A DNA stretch of 54,610 nt, from positions 1 to 54,610 of the forward strand of contig JAYVOC010000276.1 in assembly GCA_043758125.1 (NCBI GenBank), in the 5' to 3' direction. This DNA is from Bacteroidota bacterium. Lineage in GTDB: Bacteria; Bacteroidota; Bacteroidia; AKYH767-A; OLB10. A program made the position numbers and the translations under genes. The notes beneath the pieces were generated by a model. It saw only the letters and a program-made list of their open reading frames with translations. It ran no database searches and was not told the origin of the DNA. Below, piece by piece: positions 28,336 to 38,463 of this stretch; position 1 is the first letter of the stretch, and the number at the start of each line of letters is the position of its first letter.

Positions 28336-30003
28336 ATGAAATCATTCAAATTAATAATTCTCTTTACAGTAATTTTTTTACCAGCTTTAGTTTACTCGCA
28401 AGCTTCAAAAGATACTGTTAAGACTAAAAACCTCGGTGAATCAGAAGTATTTATTCTTAAATCCTATCAGCCTGTTCTTAATGATGCTTTTAAAATAAAT
28501 CTTACACCTAGCATTGATACTTCAACAGCAAAAACACCAATTTTGAAATATGATGTGGATCCTCGTCCTATGAATTCGAACTTTAATCTCACTCCTATTA
28601 AACCGGTGAAAATTAAAGATGAAACAATAAAAAAATTATATCATGGGTTTTTAAAAGTGGGTTATGGATTAGAAAATATGCCAATGGTAGATTTTTATTA
28701 CAATACTATTCGTTCAAAACAATTTGTTGCCGGTGTTAGCTTCAAACATTTATCTTCTACAGGAAAAATTAAAGATTATGGTTATCCAGGAAACAGCAAT
28801 AATGAACTTGGAATTCATGGAACTAAATTTTTTCCAACTTTTTCTTTATCGGCCAACGTTAATTATGATCGTGATGTAGTGCATTATTATGGATACAATT
28901 CTCCCCCTGATTTATACACCAAAGGCGAAACAAAACATGGTATGAATGATATAAATGGAAGATTTGCACTCTCTAGTTTAAGTCAGAAAAAAGATGATTG
29001 GAAATATAATGGTGCAATAGAATTTTATTCGTTCAAAGATAATCGTGCTAGTAGTGAATCCAATGTTGGAGTATTTGCGGATGCAGGGAAAAATATAGAT
29101 CTTGGTTTCCTAAGTGGAAATATTTCCTACGAAGCAATGAAAATTAATCAGCCATTGCAAAAATACAACCATGGAATATTTCGCTTGCTTCCAAATTTAA
29201 AAATCAAGAAAGAACTTTATCTCATCGACCTCGGTGCCAATCTTGTAATTGAAAGTAATGATGGAGAAACATTTTATCATTTTTATCCCAAAATAAATGC
29301 TAACTATCAAATTATCGATGATCAGCTTTCGGTGTTTGCTGGAATCAATGGTGACGTTATTCGAAATGATTTGAGATCCTTCAGCAAGGAGAATCCTTTC
29401 TTAGGTGATTATGTTAAATTGAAAAACACCAACAATAAAATAAAAATAAGTGGTGGAACAAAAATTAAACTTGCACACGATTTAATGTTTCTTGCAGAAG
29501 CTTCTTATGGAAGATATACCAATCAACCATTCTATTTCAACAAAGACTCTTCATCTTTTCCTGTAACGTATACAACTATTTATGATGATGTGAATTTATT
29601 TACGTTGAAGTCATCGATTGAATATAAAATGGGAGAAAAAATTCTTTTCGGAGCCAATATTATTTTCAATAATTATAAAACAAACGGTCTTGAACATCCA
29701 TTATATGTACCATTATATAAATTAGGAATTAATGGAGCATACACAATTGCAGATAAAATTACAGCAAAAATTGATCTATTTTACAATGGAGAATCGTATG
29801 GAATCGAATACAATTCAGCTATACCAACCTATACAAAACTTAAAAGTTATTTTGATGCAAATCTGTCGATTGATTATCGCTATTCGAAACTACTTTCTGT
29901 ATTTGTTCAGCTTAACAATTTAGGATTCTCACAAGAATTCAGATACTATCGTTATCCTAGTTATCGTTTCACAGGATTAGCTGGCGTAACGTTGTCGTTT
30001 TAA
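28336..30003 (+). CDS. Outer-membrane beta-barrel protein, function unknown
   Basis: A signal peptide is present (MKSFKLIILFTVIFLPALVYSQ). Alternating aromatic/hydrophobic beta-strand patterns run through the sequence. The last residue is Phe (GVTLSF). It starts 31 nt after the TPR gene. Confidence 0.7.
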   Translation: MKSFKLIILFTVIFLPALVYSQASKDTVKTKNLGESEVFILKSYQPVLNDAFKINLTPSIDTSTAKTPILKYDVDPRPMNSNFNLTPIKPVKIKDETIKKLYHGFLKVGYGLENMPMVDFYYNTIRSKQFVAGVSFKHLSSTGKIKDYGYPGNSNNELGIHGTKFFPTFSLSANVNYDRDVVHYYGYNSPPDLYTKGETKHGMNDINGRFALSSLSQKKDDWKYNGAIEFYSFKDNRASSESNVGVFADAGKNIDLGFLSGNISYEAMKINQPLQKYNHGIFRLLPNLKIKKELYLIDLGANLVIESNDGETFYHFYPKINANYQIIDDQLSVFAGINGDVIRNDLRSFSKENPFLGDYVKLKNTNNKIKISGGTKIKLAHDLMFLAEASYGRYTNQPFYFNKDSSSFPVTYTTIYDDVNLFTLKSSIEYKMGEKILFGANIIFNNYKTNGLEHPLYVPLYKLGINGAYTIADKITAKIDLFYNGESYGIEYNSAIPTYTKLKSYFDANLSIDYRYSKLLSVFVQLNNLGFSQEFRYYRYPSYRFTGLAGVTLSF

Positions 30004-30027
30004 GAAATCGAAATAGTTCGCTCAAAC

Positions 30028-30060
30028 AAAAGCCCTAAAGTTTAAAACTTCAGGGCTTTT
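30028..30060. terminator. Terminator hairpin between convergent genes
   Basis: AAAAGCCCTAAAGT pairs with ACTTCAGGGCTTTT (13 bp with one mismatch) across the loop TTAAA. Confidence 0.75.
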
Positions 30061-30080
30061 GAATTTTCAATAGAGATTTT

Positions 30081-31223
30081 TTAATCCTGCAATATATTTC
30101 TTGCGATCACTAACTTTTGAATTTCAGATGTTCCTTCACCAATAGTGCAGAGTTTTGAGTCGCGATAGAATTTCTCAACAGGAAAATCTTTTGTGTATCC
30201 ATAACCACCAAAAATTTGAACTGCTTCCGTAGCGCAACGGACAGCAACTTCTGATGCATAGTATTTTGCAAAAGCAGATTCTTTCGTCATTTTCAGTCCG
30301 CGATTTTTCATATCCGCAGCTTGAAGTGTGAGCAATTCAGCAGCTTCAATTTGTGTAGCCATATCTGCAAGCTTAAATGATATCGCTTGAAAACTTGAAA
30401 TAGGTTGTCCGAATTGTTGGCGCTCTTTTGAGTACTTTACGGAAGCATCAAAAGCTCCTTTAGCGATTCCTAATGATAATGCTGCAATAGAAATCCTTCC
30501 ACCATCTAGCACTTTCATTGCTTGTTTAAAGCCATCACCTACTTTACCTAACACCTGACTATTATGCACGCGACAATCTTCAAAAATCATTTCTGCCGTT
30601 TCTGAAGCACGCATTCCTAATTTATTTTCCTTCTTTCCAGCTTTGAAACCTGGAGTAGTTCTCTCAACAATAAAAGCTGTAATTCCATTCGAATCTAATA
30701 ACTCACCAGTGCGAGCAAGTACAACAGCAACATTACCACTGATGCCATGTGTGATCCAATTCTTAGTTCCATTGATCACCCAATAATCGCCATCTTGTTT
30801 TGCAACACATTGCATACGCATTGCATCACTTCCAGTGTTCGCTTCTGTTAATCCCCATGCGCCTAACCATTCTGCTGTTGCTAACTTTGGTAAATATTTT
30901 TTCTTCTGCTCTTCATTACCAAATGTCATGATGTGACCTGTACATAAAGAATTGTGAGCAGCCATCGACAAACCTATCGACCCACAAACACGCGCCAATT
31001 CTTGAATAGCAGTTACATATTCGAAGTAGGTTAAGCCTGCGCCACCGTACTCTTCTGGAACTAAAACACCCATTAAGCCGAGTGCTCCTAACTTTTTAAA
31101 TACTTCAATTGGGAATTCTTGCGACTCATCCCAAACCATTAATTGTGGGCGAATATGTTTCTCCGCAAAATCACGAACGGTTTGAGCAATCATTTGCTGG
31201 TTTTCCGTGTTACTAAAATCCAT
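30081..31223 (-). CDS. Acyl-CoA dehydrogenase (short/medium-chain, butyryl-CoA dehydrogenase-like)
   Basis: The 380-aa product carries GAWGLTEANTGSDA, the W.INGTK.WITHG region and the C-terminal IGEGTSEIQKLVIAR motif. Confidence 0.93.
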   Translation of the reverse strand: MDFSNTENQQMIAQTVRDFAEKHIRPQLMVWDESQEFPIEVFKKLGALGLMGVLVPEEYGGAGLTYFEYVTAIQELARVCGSIGLSMAAHNSLCTGHIMTFGNEEQKKKYLPKLATAEWLGAWGLTEANTGSDAMRMQCVAKQDGDYWVINGTKNWITHGISGNVAVVLARTGELLDSNGITAFIVERTTPGFKAGKKENKLGMRASETAEMIFEDCRVHNSQVLGKVGDGFKQAMKVLDGGRISIAALSLGIAKGAFDASVKYSKERQQFGQPISSFQAISFKLADMATQIEAAELLTLQAADMKNRGLKMTKESAFAKYYASEVAVRCATEAVQIFGGYGYTKDFPVEKFYRDSKLCTIGEGTSEIQKLVIARNILQD

Positions 31224-31224
31224 A

Positions 31225-32178
31225 CTAATTGGGGTTAACTGTTAAATATGGTGCAATTTTACGGTATAATTCGTCATTGAACAAGGGAAGATGCTCTAGC
31301 TCTTCAATAGTTTTGAAATTACCATGCTCATGATGATAATTGACGATCATATTCGCTTGCGTTTTTGGCAGGTAAGGATGCCTTAATCCGTTAACATCAA
31401 GCACATTAATATTTAACAACTTTACTTTACTCACATCTAACAAAATTCGAGGGAGAATCGCTGCAATAACGGAATCTGGTAAGCACTTAACTTCTTTTAA
31501 CTGATCAAGATTTATAAAGCCACCCAAAAATTCCCGATAGCGCAATATCGCTTTCGCCCTCCCTTCACCAATCATTGGCAATGTCGATAATGCAGTTTCA
31601 TCAGCAGTATTTATTTCAACTCTAGGAAGCAAAGGCTTCTCATATTCTTTTCGCTTAGGATATTTGAGAGCAATATGCGTTGTATCATTTTTATCAGATA
31701 ATGGAATTGAAATATAACTGGATATCTTATTGAATTTTTTCTCATCAATTACCCAAACTTTTGATAACTCTTCTTTGGTATGAAATTTCCCTGATCGTTC
31801 TCTCCATTTTAAAATCGCAGCAGTTTGCTTTTCCGAAAAACCTAATCGTTGCCAACCATTTTCATCAAGAGTATTAGGATTAAATGTAAAAAGTTCTTCT
31901 TGCTTTTGTTGCTTCAAAGAATCGCGTTTTTCATAATGCTTATAAAAAACTTTTGCTGGCTTAAATGCTTTTCGCCTTAGTTCAACTTCAAATTCTGCTA
32001 ACTTTTTTATTGTTGCTGCATCCATCACTAATGGGTCAGGATCTGGAAGAAAATGTAAAATCAAAATTGATAGTTGAAGAACTACTAATACTAAACTCAA
32101 TACAAGTATTCCATTGCGTTCTCTTCTTGTAAACGTAAAATATTCATTGACTTTATACCGCCATTTTTTATACCTCAT
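31225..32178 (-). CDS. Membrane-anchored helix-hairpin-helix (ComEA-like) DNA-binding protein
   Basis: An N-terminal TM helix is followed by two HhH-like units (INTADETALSTLPMIGEGRAKAILRYRE and NINVLDVNGLRHPYLPKTQANMIVNYHHEHGNF). Confidence 0.65.
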   Translation of the reverse strand: MRYKKWRYKVNEYFTFTRRERNGILVLSLVLVVLQLSILILHFLPDPDPLVMDAATIKKLAEFEVELRRKAFKPAKVFYKHYEKRDSLKQQKQEELFTFNPNTLDENGWQRLGFSEKQTAAILKWRERSGKFHTKEELSKVWVIDEKKFNKISSYISIPLSDKNDTTHIALKYPKRKEYEKPLLPRVEINTADETALSTLPMIGEGRAKAILRYREFLGGFINLDQLKEVKCLPDSVIAAILPRILLDVSKVKLLNINVLDVNGLRHPYLPKTQANMIVNYHHEHGNFKTIEELEHLPLFNDELYRKIAPYLTVNPN

Positions 32179-32254
32179 AAAAAAGCATTAGATCACAAAA
32201 CTAATTTCAGAAAAGCAAAACAGTTAATTACAAATATTTAATATCTGAAAATGA

Positions 32255-33082
32255 TTAAATGAGCTTTCGTTCTAAAAGCAAAACAGCCATTTCTTGTTGA
32301 ACTAATAACGCTGCAGCTCTTGCCTTCATAGCAAAATCTTTTTCGGCACTTGCATAAATAATCTGCCGAGATGAATTTACCAATAACCCACATTGATTGT
32401 TCATTCCTATACGAGAGATAGCGCCTAAATCACCTCCTTGTGCGCCAACACCAGGAACTAAAAAAAAATGATCAGGAGCAAGTGTTCTAACATGTGCAAA
32501 TTGGTCCTCGCGGGTAGCACCAACAACAAACATTAAATTATCAGGTGTTCCCCAACGCATATTTGTTTGCATCACTTTTTCATACAAAATAGTTTTACTT
32601 TCATCTGCTATTGGCAATAACTGAAAATCATTAGCGCCAACATTAGATGTAAGTGCTAAAACGATTGCCCACTTTCCATCAAAAGCTAAAAAAGGACTAA
32701 CAGAATCCTCACCCATGTATGGTGCAATAGTTACCGCATCAAAATTCATGTGTTTAAAAAATGCTTGTGCATAAAGTGATGAAGTATTACCAATATCTCC
32801 ACGCTTCGCATCCGCAATAGTAAAACATGATTTAGGAATTACCTCTAACGTTTTTTCTAAACTTCTCCATCCATTACTACCATTACTTTCATAAAATGCA
32901 AGGTTGGGTTTATAGGCCACACATAAATCATGTGTTGCTTCAATGATAGCTTTATTAAATGCAAATATTGGATCTTCTTCCTCTAATAAATGCTTAGGGA
33001 TTTTTTGGATATCAGTATCCAATCCAATACACAAATAGCTTTTTTTAATTTGTATTTGATAAAAAAGTTCTTCGCGATTCAT
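32255..33082 (-). CDS. pyrF: Orotidine-5'-phosphate decarboxylase (type 2)
   Basis: The 275-aa product carries LCIGLDTD, YKPNLAFYE, IADAKRGDIGNTS and LVPGVGAQGG. Confidence 0.9.
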   Translation of the reverse strand: MNREELFYQIQIKKSYLCIGLDTDIQKIPKHLLEEEDPIFAFNKAIIEATHDLCVAYKPNLAFYESNGSNGWRSLEKTLEVIPKSCFTIADAKRGDIGNTSSLYAQAFFKHMNFDAVTIAPYMGEDSVSPFLAFDGKWAIVLALTSNVGANDFQLLPIADESKTILYEKVMQTNMRWGTPDNLMFVVGATREDQFAHVRTLAPDHFFLVPGVGAQGGDLGAISRIGMNNQCGLLVNSSRQIIYASAEKDFAMKARAAALLVQQEMAVLLLERKLI

Positions 33083-33103
33083 AGTTTTTTGCTAAGAAAA
33101 ATA

Positions 33104-34198
33104 TTACCCGATTAAACTTTCTTCTTTCATCTTTTCTGTGTTTTCTGCAAATTGTAATGCGTCAATAAATCCTTGAATATCACCATTCATTACTGAAGGT
33201 AAATTGTGTGATGTAAATCCAATGCGATGATCCGTCACTCTACTTTGCGGATAATTATAGGTGCGAATTTTTGCAGAACGATCACCTGTTGAAACTAATG
33301 TTTTTCGTTTTTTTGAAACTTCTTCCATCCTTTTATTGTATTCCAAATCATATAATTTAGAACGCAACATTGCCATAGCTCTCTCACGATTTCCTAGTTG
33401 TGATCGTTCAATCTGGCACGTTACAACAATACCCGATGGCTTATGTGTAAGCTGAACTTTCGTTTCTACTTTATTTACATTCTGTCCTCCTGCACCACCT
33501 GATCGTGATGTTTGAAGTTCAAGGTCGGCAGGATTAATTACAATTTCATCAAACTCATCAGCTTCAGGCATGATTGCAACGGTTGCTGCAGAAGTATGAA
33601 TTCTTCCTTGCGTTTCAGTTTCTGGAACTCGTTGTACACGATGTACACCACTTTCATATTTCAAAATTCCATACGCATGCGCACCCGTCACTTCCATAAT
33701 TACTTCTTTGTAGCCGCCAGTATTTCCATCATTAAAATCTACCGTTTCAACTTTCCATCCACGTTGCTCACAATAGCGCATGTACATTCTGTATAAATCA
33801 CCAGCAAAAATACTTGCTTCATCACCACCAGTTCCTCCACGAATTTCGATGATCGCATTTTTACTATCCTCTGGATCTTCGGGAATCAATAAAATCTGAA
33901 TCTGTTCTTCTAACTTTTCCTTGCGAGGTTCTAATTCGTCCACTTCTACTTTCGCCATCGCCCGAAAATCTTCGTCTTTTTCATCTGATAAAACTTCTCG
34001 TGCTTGCGCTAACTCGTTTATGACTTGACGATATTCTTTTTCCGCCACAACAATTTGTTCAAGGTCTTTATAGGCCTTGTTCATTTGCATAAAGCGTTTG
34101 CGATCGGCAATAACAGAAGGGTCGCCCAACTGAGTTCCAATTTCATGATAGCGGGCAACCAGCCCCTCCAGCCTTTCAAGCAGGTTTTCTTTCGACAT
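33104..34198 (-). CDS. prfA: Peptide chain release factor 1
   Basis: The GGQ motif ([14 protein letters not shown]) is present. A P-x-T type tripeptide region ([15 protein letters not shown]) is present rather than the SPF of RF2. The frame is uninterrupted. Confidence 0.93.
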   Translation of the reverse strand: MSKENLLERLEGLVARYHEIGTQLGDPSVIADRKRFMQMNKAYKDLEQIVVAEKEYRQVINELAQAREVLSDEKDEDFRAMAKVEVDELEPRKEKLEEQIQILLIPEDPEDSKNAIIEIRGGTGGDEASIFAGDLYRMYMRYCEQRGWKVETVDFNDGNTGGYKEVIMEVTGAHAYGILKYESGVHRVQRVPETETQGRIHTSAATVAIMPEADEFDEIVINPADLELQTSRSGGAGGQNVNKVETKVQLTHKPSGIVVTCQIERSQLGNRERAMAMLRSKLYDLEYNKRMEEVSKKRKTLVSTGDRSAKIRTYNYPQSRVTDHRIGFTSHNLPSVMNGDIQGFIDALQFAENTEKMKEESLIG

Positions 34199-34230
34199 AA
34201 TTCTGCAAATTTACTGATTAGCAACTATTG

Positions 34231-35400
34231 TTACCATACAAAAGTGCCATTCTCTGATTGAATCGTTAATTGTTTCTTTTCGGATGGCTCTACCCTGCCA
34301 ATCACCCGACCTTCAATTCCATATTTGGAAGCAATATCAATAACAGATGACGCAAGTTCTTCTGAAATATAAATTTCCATACGATGTCCCATATTAAATA
34401 CTTGATACATCTCTTTCCAAGAAGTAGATGACTGCTCTTGTATTATTTTAAATAAGGGAGGCACTGGAAATAAATTATCTTTTATGATGTGCAAATTTTC
34501 AATGAAATGCAAAACTTTCGTTTGACCTCCTCCACTGCAATGCACCATTCCATGAATATCTTTTCGGAATTTATCGAGTACCTTTTTGATCACTGGTGCG
34601 TAAGTTCTTGTTGGAGATAAAACCAATTGACCTGCATCAATCCCTAATCCCTCAATCTGATCTTTAAGTTTCATCTTACCAGAATAAATTAAATCGGAGG
34701 GAATTCCGCTGTCAAATGTATCTGGATATAGCTCTTTAAGGTAAGAACTAAAAACATCATGACGAGCAGAAGTAAGACCATTGCTTCCCATTCCTCCATT
34801 ATAACGATCCTCGTATTCAGCTTGTCCGTAAGAACATAATCCAACTATAACATCATCAGCTTTAATATTTGCATTATCAATAACGTCACTTCGTTTCATT
34901 CGACAAGTAACAGTACTATCAACGATTATTGTGCGAACAAGATCACCAACGTCTGCCGTTTCGCCTCCAGTAGTATAAATATTTACTCCATAAGATTTTA
35001 ACTGTGCAACAATTTCTTCAGTTCCATTAATGATTGCAGCTATAACTTCTCCAGGTATTAATCGTTTGTTTCTTCCTATCGTTGAAGAAAGCAATATATT
35101 ATCTGTTGCGCCAACACAAAGAAGGTCATCGATATTCATGATGAGTGCATCTTGTGCGATTCCTTTCCATACACTTAAATCTCCAGTCTCCCGCCAGTAT
35201 GCGTATGCGAGACTACTTTTAGTGCCCGCACCATCCGCATGCATGATATTACAATATGCTTCGTCGTTGCCTAAATAATCAGGAACAATTTTACAGAATG
35301 CTTTTGGGAAAAGTCCTTTATCGATATTGCTTATAGCAGCATGCACATCCTCTTTTGTTGCTGATACACCTCTTTGATGATATCGATCCGAACTATTCAT
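34231..35400 (-). CDS. purM: Phosphoribosylformylglycinamidine cyclo-ligase (AIR synthase), long Bacteroidota form
   Basis: The 389-aa product has the PurM/AIRS fold pattern (HADGAGTKS, DDLLCVGA, GGETAD, HCSGGGQTK). Confidence 0.8.
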   Translation of the reverse strand: MNSSDRYHQRGVSATKEDVHAAISNIDKGLFPKAFCKIVPDYLGNDEAYCNIMHADGAGTKSSLAYAYWRETGDLSVWKGIAQDALIMNIDDLLCVGATDNILLSSTIGRNKRLIPGEVIAAIINGTEEIVAQLKSYGVNIYTTGGETADVGDLVRTIIVDSTVTCRMKRSDVIDNANIKADDVIVGLCSYGQAEYEDRYNGGMGSNGLTSARHDVFSSYLKELYPDTFDSGIPSDLIYSGKMKLKDQIEGLGIDAGQLVLSPTRTYAPVIKKVLDKFRKDIHGMVHCSGGGQTKVLHFIENLHIIKDNLFPVPPLFKIIQEQSSTSWKEMYQVFNMGHRMEIYISEELASSVIDIASKYGIEGRVIGRVEPSEKKQLTIQSENGTFVW

Positions 35401-35449
35401 TTGACAAAAATATAGCTTATAATTTTCAATGGAGTTATTTGAGGCAGGT

Positions 35450-35492
35450 TTTAAAAAAAGAAGCCCTGAAGTCTTGGTACTTCAGGGCTTCT
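35450..35492 (-). terminator. Rho-independent terminator of the OmpA-family gene
   Basis: A perfect 14-bp stem pairs AGAAGCCCTGAAGT with ACTTCAGGGCTTCT across a 6-nt loop. A run of seven T follows on the - strand (AAAAAAA at 35452-35458 on +). Confidence 0.85.
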
Positions 35493-35509
35493 TCTACTTT
35501 TACTATTTA

Positions 35510-37504
35510 TTAATTTTTAGGGACATAATTTGTTCCTGTAACTTCAAATTCTGTACGACGATTGTACTGATTCGCTTTCTCTTGATCTTCTTTAGAAGCC
35601 AATTTAGTGATGAATGCTTCTGTTAACACATCACCCTTTTTGAATGGTAAGTATTCTTCGTCATTTTCAACTGCCTTAGGTGTTGATTCGCCTTTTCCTT
35701 CAAATGTTAGACGATCTTTAGCAACTTTATTTGCAACTAAATAATCAAGAACACTCTTAGCACGACGATTAGAAAGTTCTAAGTTGTATTTATCATCAGC
35801 ACGGAAATCGGTATGTGAAGTAAGCTTAACAGTAATGGTAGGATTTTCATTAAGTGTTTTGATTAAACCATCAAGAGCAGTTTTAGATTCTGGACGTAAT
35901 GTTGCTTTATCCAAATCGTAGAATACTTCAGGAACAGTGATTGGTTTTGCTGTGCTCTTTAATGGGAAATCGAAATCTTTGTCGAAGTTTTTATCTTCAT
36001 CCAAACCTACAGTCGATAATTCGTGGAACTTAGTTAAGTATCCAGTAAATGATGCTGACAATTTATATTTAACATTCGATTTTAATGGATAAGAATATGT
36101 TCCATCGGCACCTGTTCGTACGCTTAAGGAAGTACCATCACTACCAAACAATTCAACAGTGGCTCCTTCAATTGGAGCTTTTGTATCGGTATCATAAACT
36201 TTTCCACCAACTAAAATATTCAATGGAGGTAAAACAAAAGTGTAGATGTCATCAGCACCTTTTCCACCATCACGATTTGACGATAAAAATCCAGTAGTAT
36301 CTGAAGTAAAAATAATTCCGAAATCATCACCAGGAGAATTTAACGGAGACTTAAGATTTACTGGTTCAGACCATGATCCACCTTCATTAGAAGTACTTAA
36401 AATATCAAGGCCGCCCATTCCTGGTTTACCATTTGAAGAATAATATAATTTACCGTTTTTCGAAACAGTAGGGAATAATTCATCTCCATCGGTATTGATG
36501 GTAGATCCTAGATTCATTGGTGTACCCCAAGCAGCTCCATCTAAAGTAGACATCCAAAGATCTTTTCCACCTGATCCACCTGGCATATCGCTAGCGAAAT
36601 AAAGTGTTTTACCATCAAGAGATAAACTTGGGTGACCACAGGTATAAGCATCATTATTAAAAGACAGCGATATTGGATCACTCCATTTACCATCTGTTTG
36701 TGTAGTCATCATAATTTTACACTGTGTATTTTTGTCTTTACTAGAAGGACAAGTAGTGTAATACATTGTTTTTCCAGATGCATCAAAACAAGCGGAACCA
36801 TCGCTATACTCGCTATTTGCCGGTCCTGGGAAATTCGTTGGTGTACTCCACTTACTATTGTTATCCATATTTGCTTGGAAAACATCAAAAAACTTTTCAC
36901 CGTACCAATTATCATTATTAGTACCTGTTGCTTCTTCGCGTGATGAAGTGAAAACGATACCATTTTTCATTGATGGATTTTCAGCCACTGCAAAATCATA
37001 ATATTGCGTGTTAAGTGCTGTTAAATTTTCTACACGATAACGTGTAGGTTTATCTTTCCACTCTTGTGCAGCTTGAGATCCTGCAACGCCAGCAGCTCCT
37101 TTCGGATCCGTAGGCATTTTCTCTTTATATGCATTATATTGTACAATAGCTTCTGCATATTTTCCATTGCGTTTTAATGCATCGGCATAACGTAATACAG
37201 AAGTAGCGTCTTTGGCATTGGCTTTAACAGCCTTTCCGTACCAATCTTCAGCTTCAACATTGTTGTTCATCATGCGTGCGCATTCACCTGCTTTGAAAGC
37301 TGCATTGGCCTTATCTTCATTCTTTTTGAATTTAGCGTAAGACTTCTTGTAATAAGTAGAAGCAGTGTAATACTGCGCTGTGTTAAAATACTTATCCGCC
37401 TTTTGAGTTTTACTCTTTGGAACTTTCGGTGCTTTGTTAGCCGAATATCCATTAACAAATGCAATTGATAAGATGAACAGTAAGCAAAATAATTTCTTGA
37501 TCAT
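35510..37504 (-). CDS. OmpA-family outer-membrane/peptidoglycan-associated protein with TPR, TolB-like PD40 propeller and CarboxypepD_reg-like domains
   Basis: The order is signal peptide, then TPR-like units, then repeated PD40-like segments (S.DG..LYF.S). A GKVYDTDTKAPIEGATVEL beta-sandwich follows. The C-terminus is an OmpA domain (V.L..HTD......YN..LS.RRA.SV..YL). Confidence 0.88.
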   Translation of the reverse strand: MIKKLFCLLFILSIAFVNGYSANKAPKVPKSKTQKADKYFNTAQYYTASTYYKKSYAKFKKNEDKANAAFKAGECARMMNNNVEAEDWYGKAVKANAKDATSVLRYADALKRNGKYAEAIVQYNAYKEKMPTDPKGAAGVAGSQAAQEWKDKPTRYRVENLTALNTQYYDFAVAENPSMKNGIVFTSSREEATGTNNDNWYGEKFFDVFQANMDNNSKWSTPTNFPGPANSEYSDGSACFDASGKTMYYTTCPSSKDKNTQCKIMMTTQTDGKWSDPISLSFNNDAYTCGHPSLSLDGKTLYFASDMPGGSGGKDLWMSTLDGAAWGTPMNLGSTINTDGDELFPTVSKNGKLYYSSNGKPGMGGLDILSTSNEGGSWSEPVNLKSPLNSPGDDFGIIFTSDTTGFLSSNRDGGKGADDIYTFVLPPLNILVGGKVYDTDTKAPIEGATVELFGSDGTSLSVRTGADGTYSYPLKSNVKYKLSASFTGYLTKFHELSTVGLDEDKNFDKDFDFPLKSTAKPITVPEVFYDLDKATLRPESKTALDGLIKTLNENPTITVKLTSHTDFRADDKYNLELSNRRAKSVLDYLVANKVAKDRLTFEGKGESTPKAVENDEEYLPFKKGDVLTEAFITKLASKEDQEKANQYNRRTEFEVTGTNYVPKN

Positions 37505-37893
37505 AAGGGAACAGTAATTAAACAGTTTCGATGAAGGACAAAGGAAACAAATTATATTTAAACGAAAAAGTGGAAGACCTCGTTTAATTATACATCAATT
37601 CAGCTGATCACTAAGTAGTTACGGGTTATTAGAGGAATTGCCTAAAATAATTTATCAACTATTAGCTCTTATGAAGGGAAGTAGGGAGGCTCTTTTACTC
37701 CCACGAAATACATTTTAAACTTACTTAAACAGTCAAATAAAATTTGAAAAGGATCGTATTAAACCTTAATAACTTTTTTACTCGTAATTAATACAACAAT
37801 TTAATTTGTTCATTTCGTAAGTTAGCTGTAATAGACTTACTATAATTACAATTCAAAAATCATGATTCATTAATCAACTTTGATTTTCGACAA

Positions 37894-38418
37894 TTAAAAA
37901 GCAAGAATTTGTGCAAGCTGATGATTTACCAATTTTTCAGTTGCATCCTTGAACGCATTTTGATCCATTTCGTTTTGTACACCACTAATCGGTAATAAAA
38001 ATGGCAAAACATGCACATTCATGTGATTCATTACGGCGGCAAAGTGATCCATTCCTCTTAAATTTCCTGCTCTTCCAGTGGAGATCCCTACAAGTGCAGC
38101 CTTCTTACCTGCAAAAGCAATTCGAGGATCCATTACATCTATTAACAACTTAAGTATGCCAGGGAAACTTCCGTTGTATTCTGGAAATACGAAAATAAAT
38201 TTCTCAGTTGGCCGAAATATCTCATGCTGAATTTGCAATATTGCATCAGGCTTTTTCCCCTTTTCATATACATCCGTATGTAAAACCTCTACAGGCAGAG
38301 ATTCTAAATCGAAATACTTTGTTTCCGAATGTCTTTCTTGTAACATCCCATAATAAATCTTCGAAAATTTTGAGGTAAGGCTATTGGGGCGATTCGTTCC
38401 AGAAATTAAAGTGATCAT
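37894..38418 (-). CDS. NAD(P)H-dependent FMN reductase-family oxidoreductase
   Basis: The 174-aa product has a flavodoxin-like N-terminus (MITLISGTNRPNS.TS) and FVFPEYNGSFPG.LK motifs. Confidence 0.75.
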   Translation of the reverse strand: MITLISGTNRPNSLTSKFSKIYYGMLQERHSETKYFDLESLPVEVLHTDVYEKGKKPDAILQIQHEIFRPTEKFIFVFPEYNGSFPGILKLLIDVMDPRIAFAGKKAALVGISTGRAGNLRGMDHFAAVMNHMNVHVLPFLLPISGVQNEMDQNAFKDATEKLVNHQLAQILAF

Positions 38419-38463
38419 GCATTTATAATTAGTATTCGGAAACGCTTTTTATGTAAAATAGTT

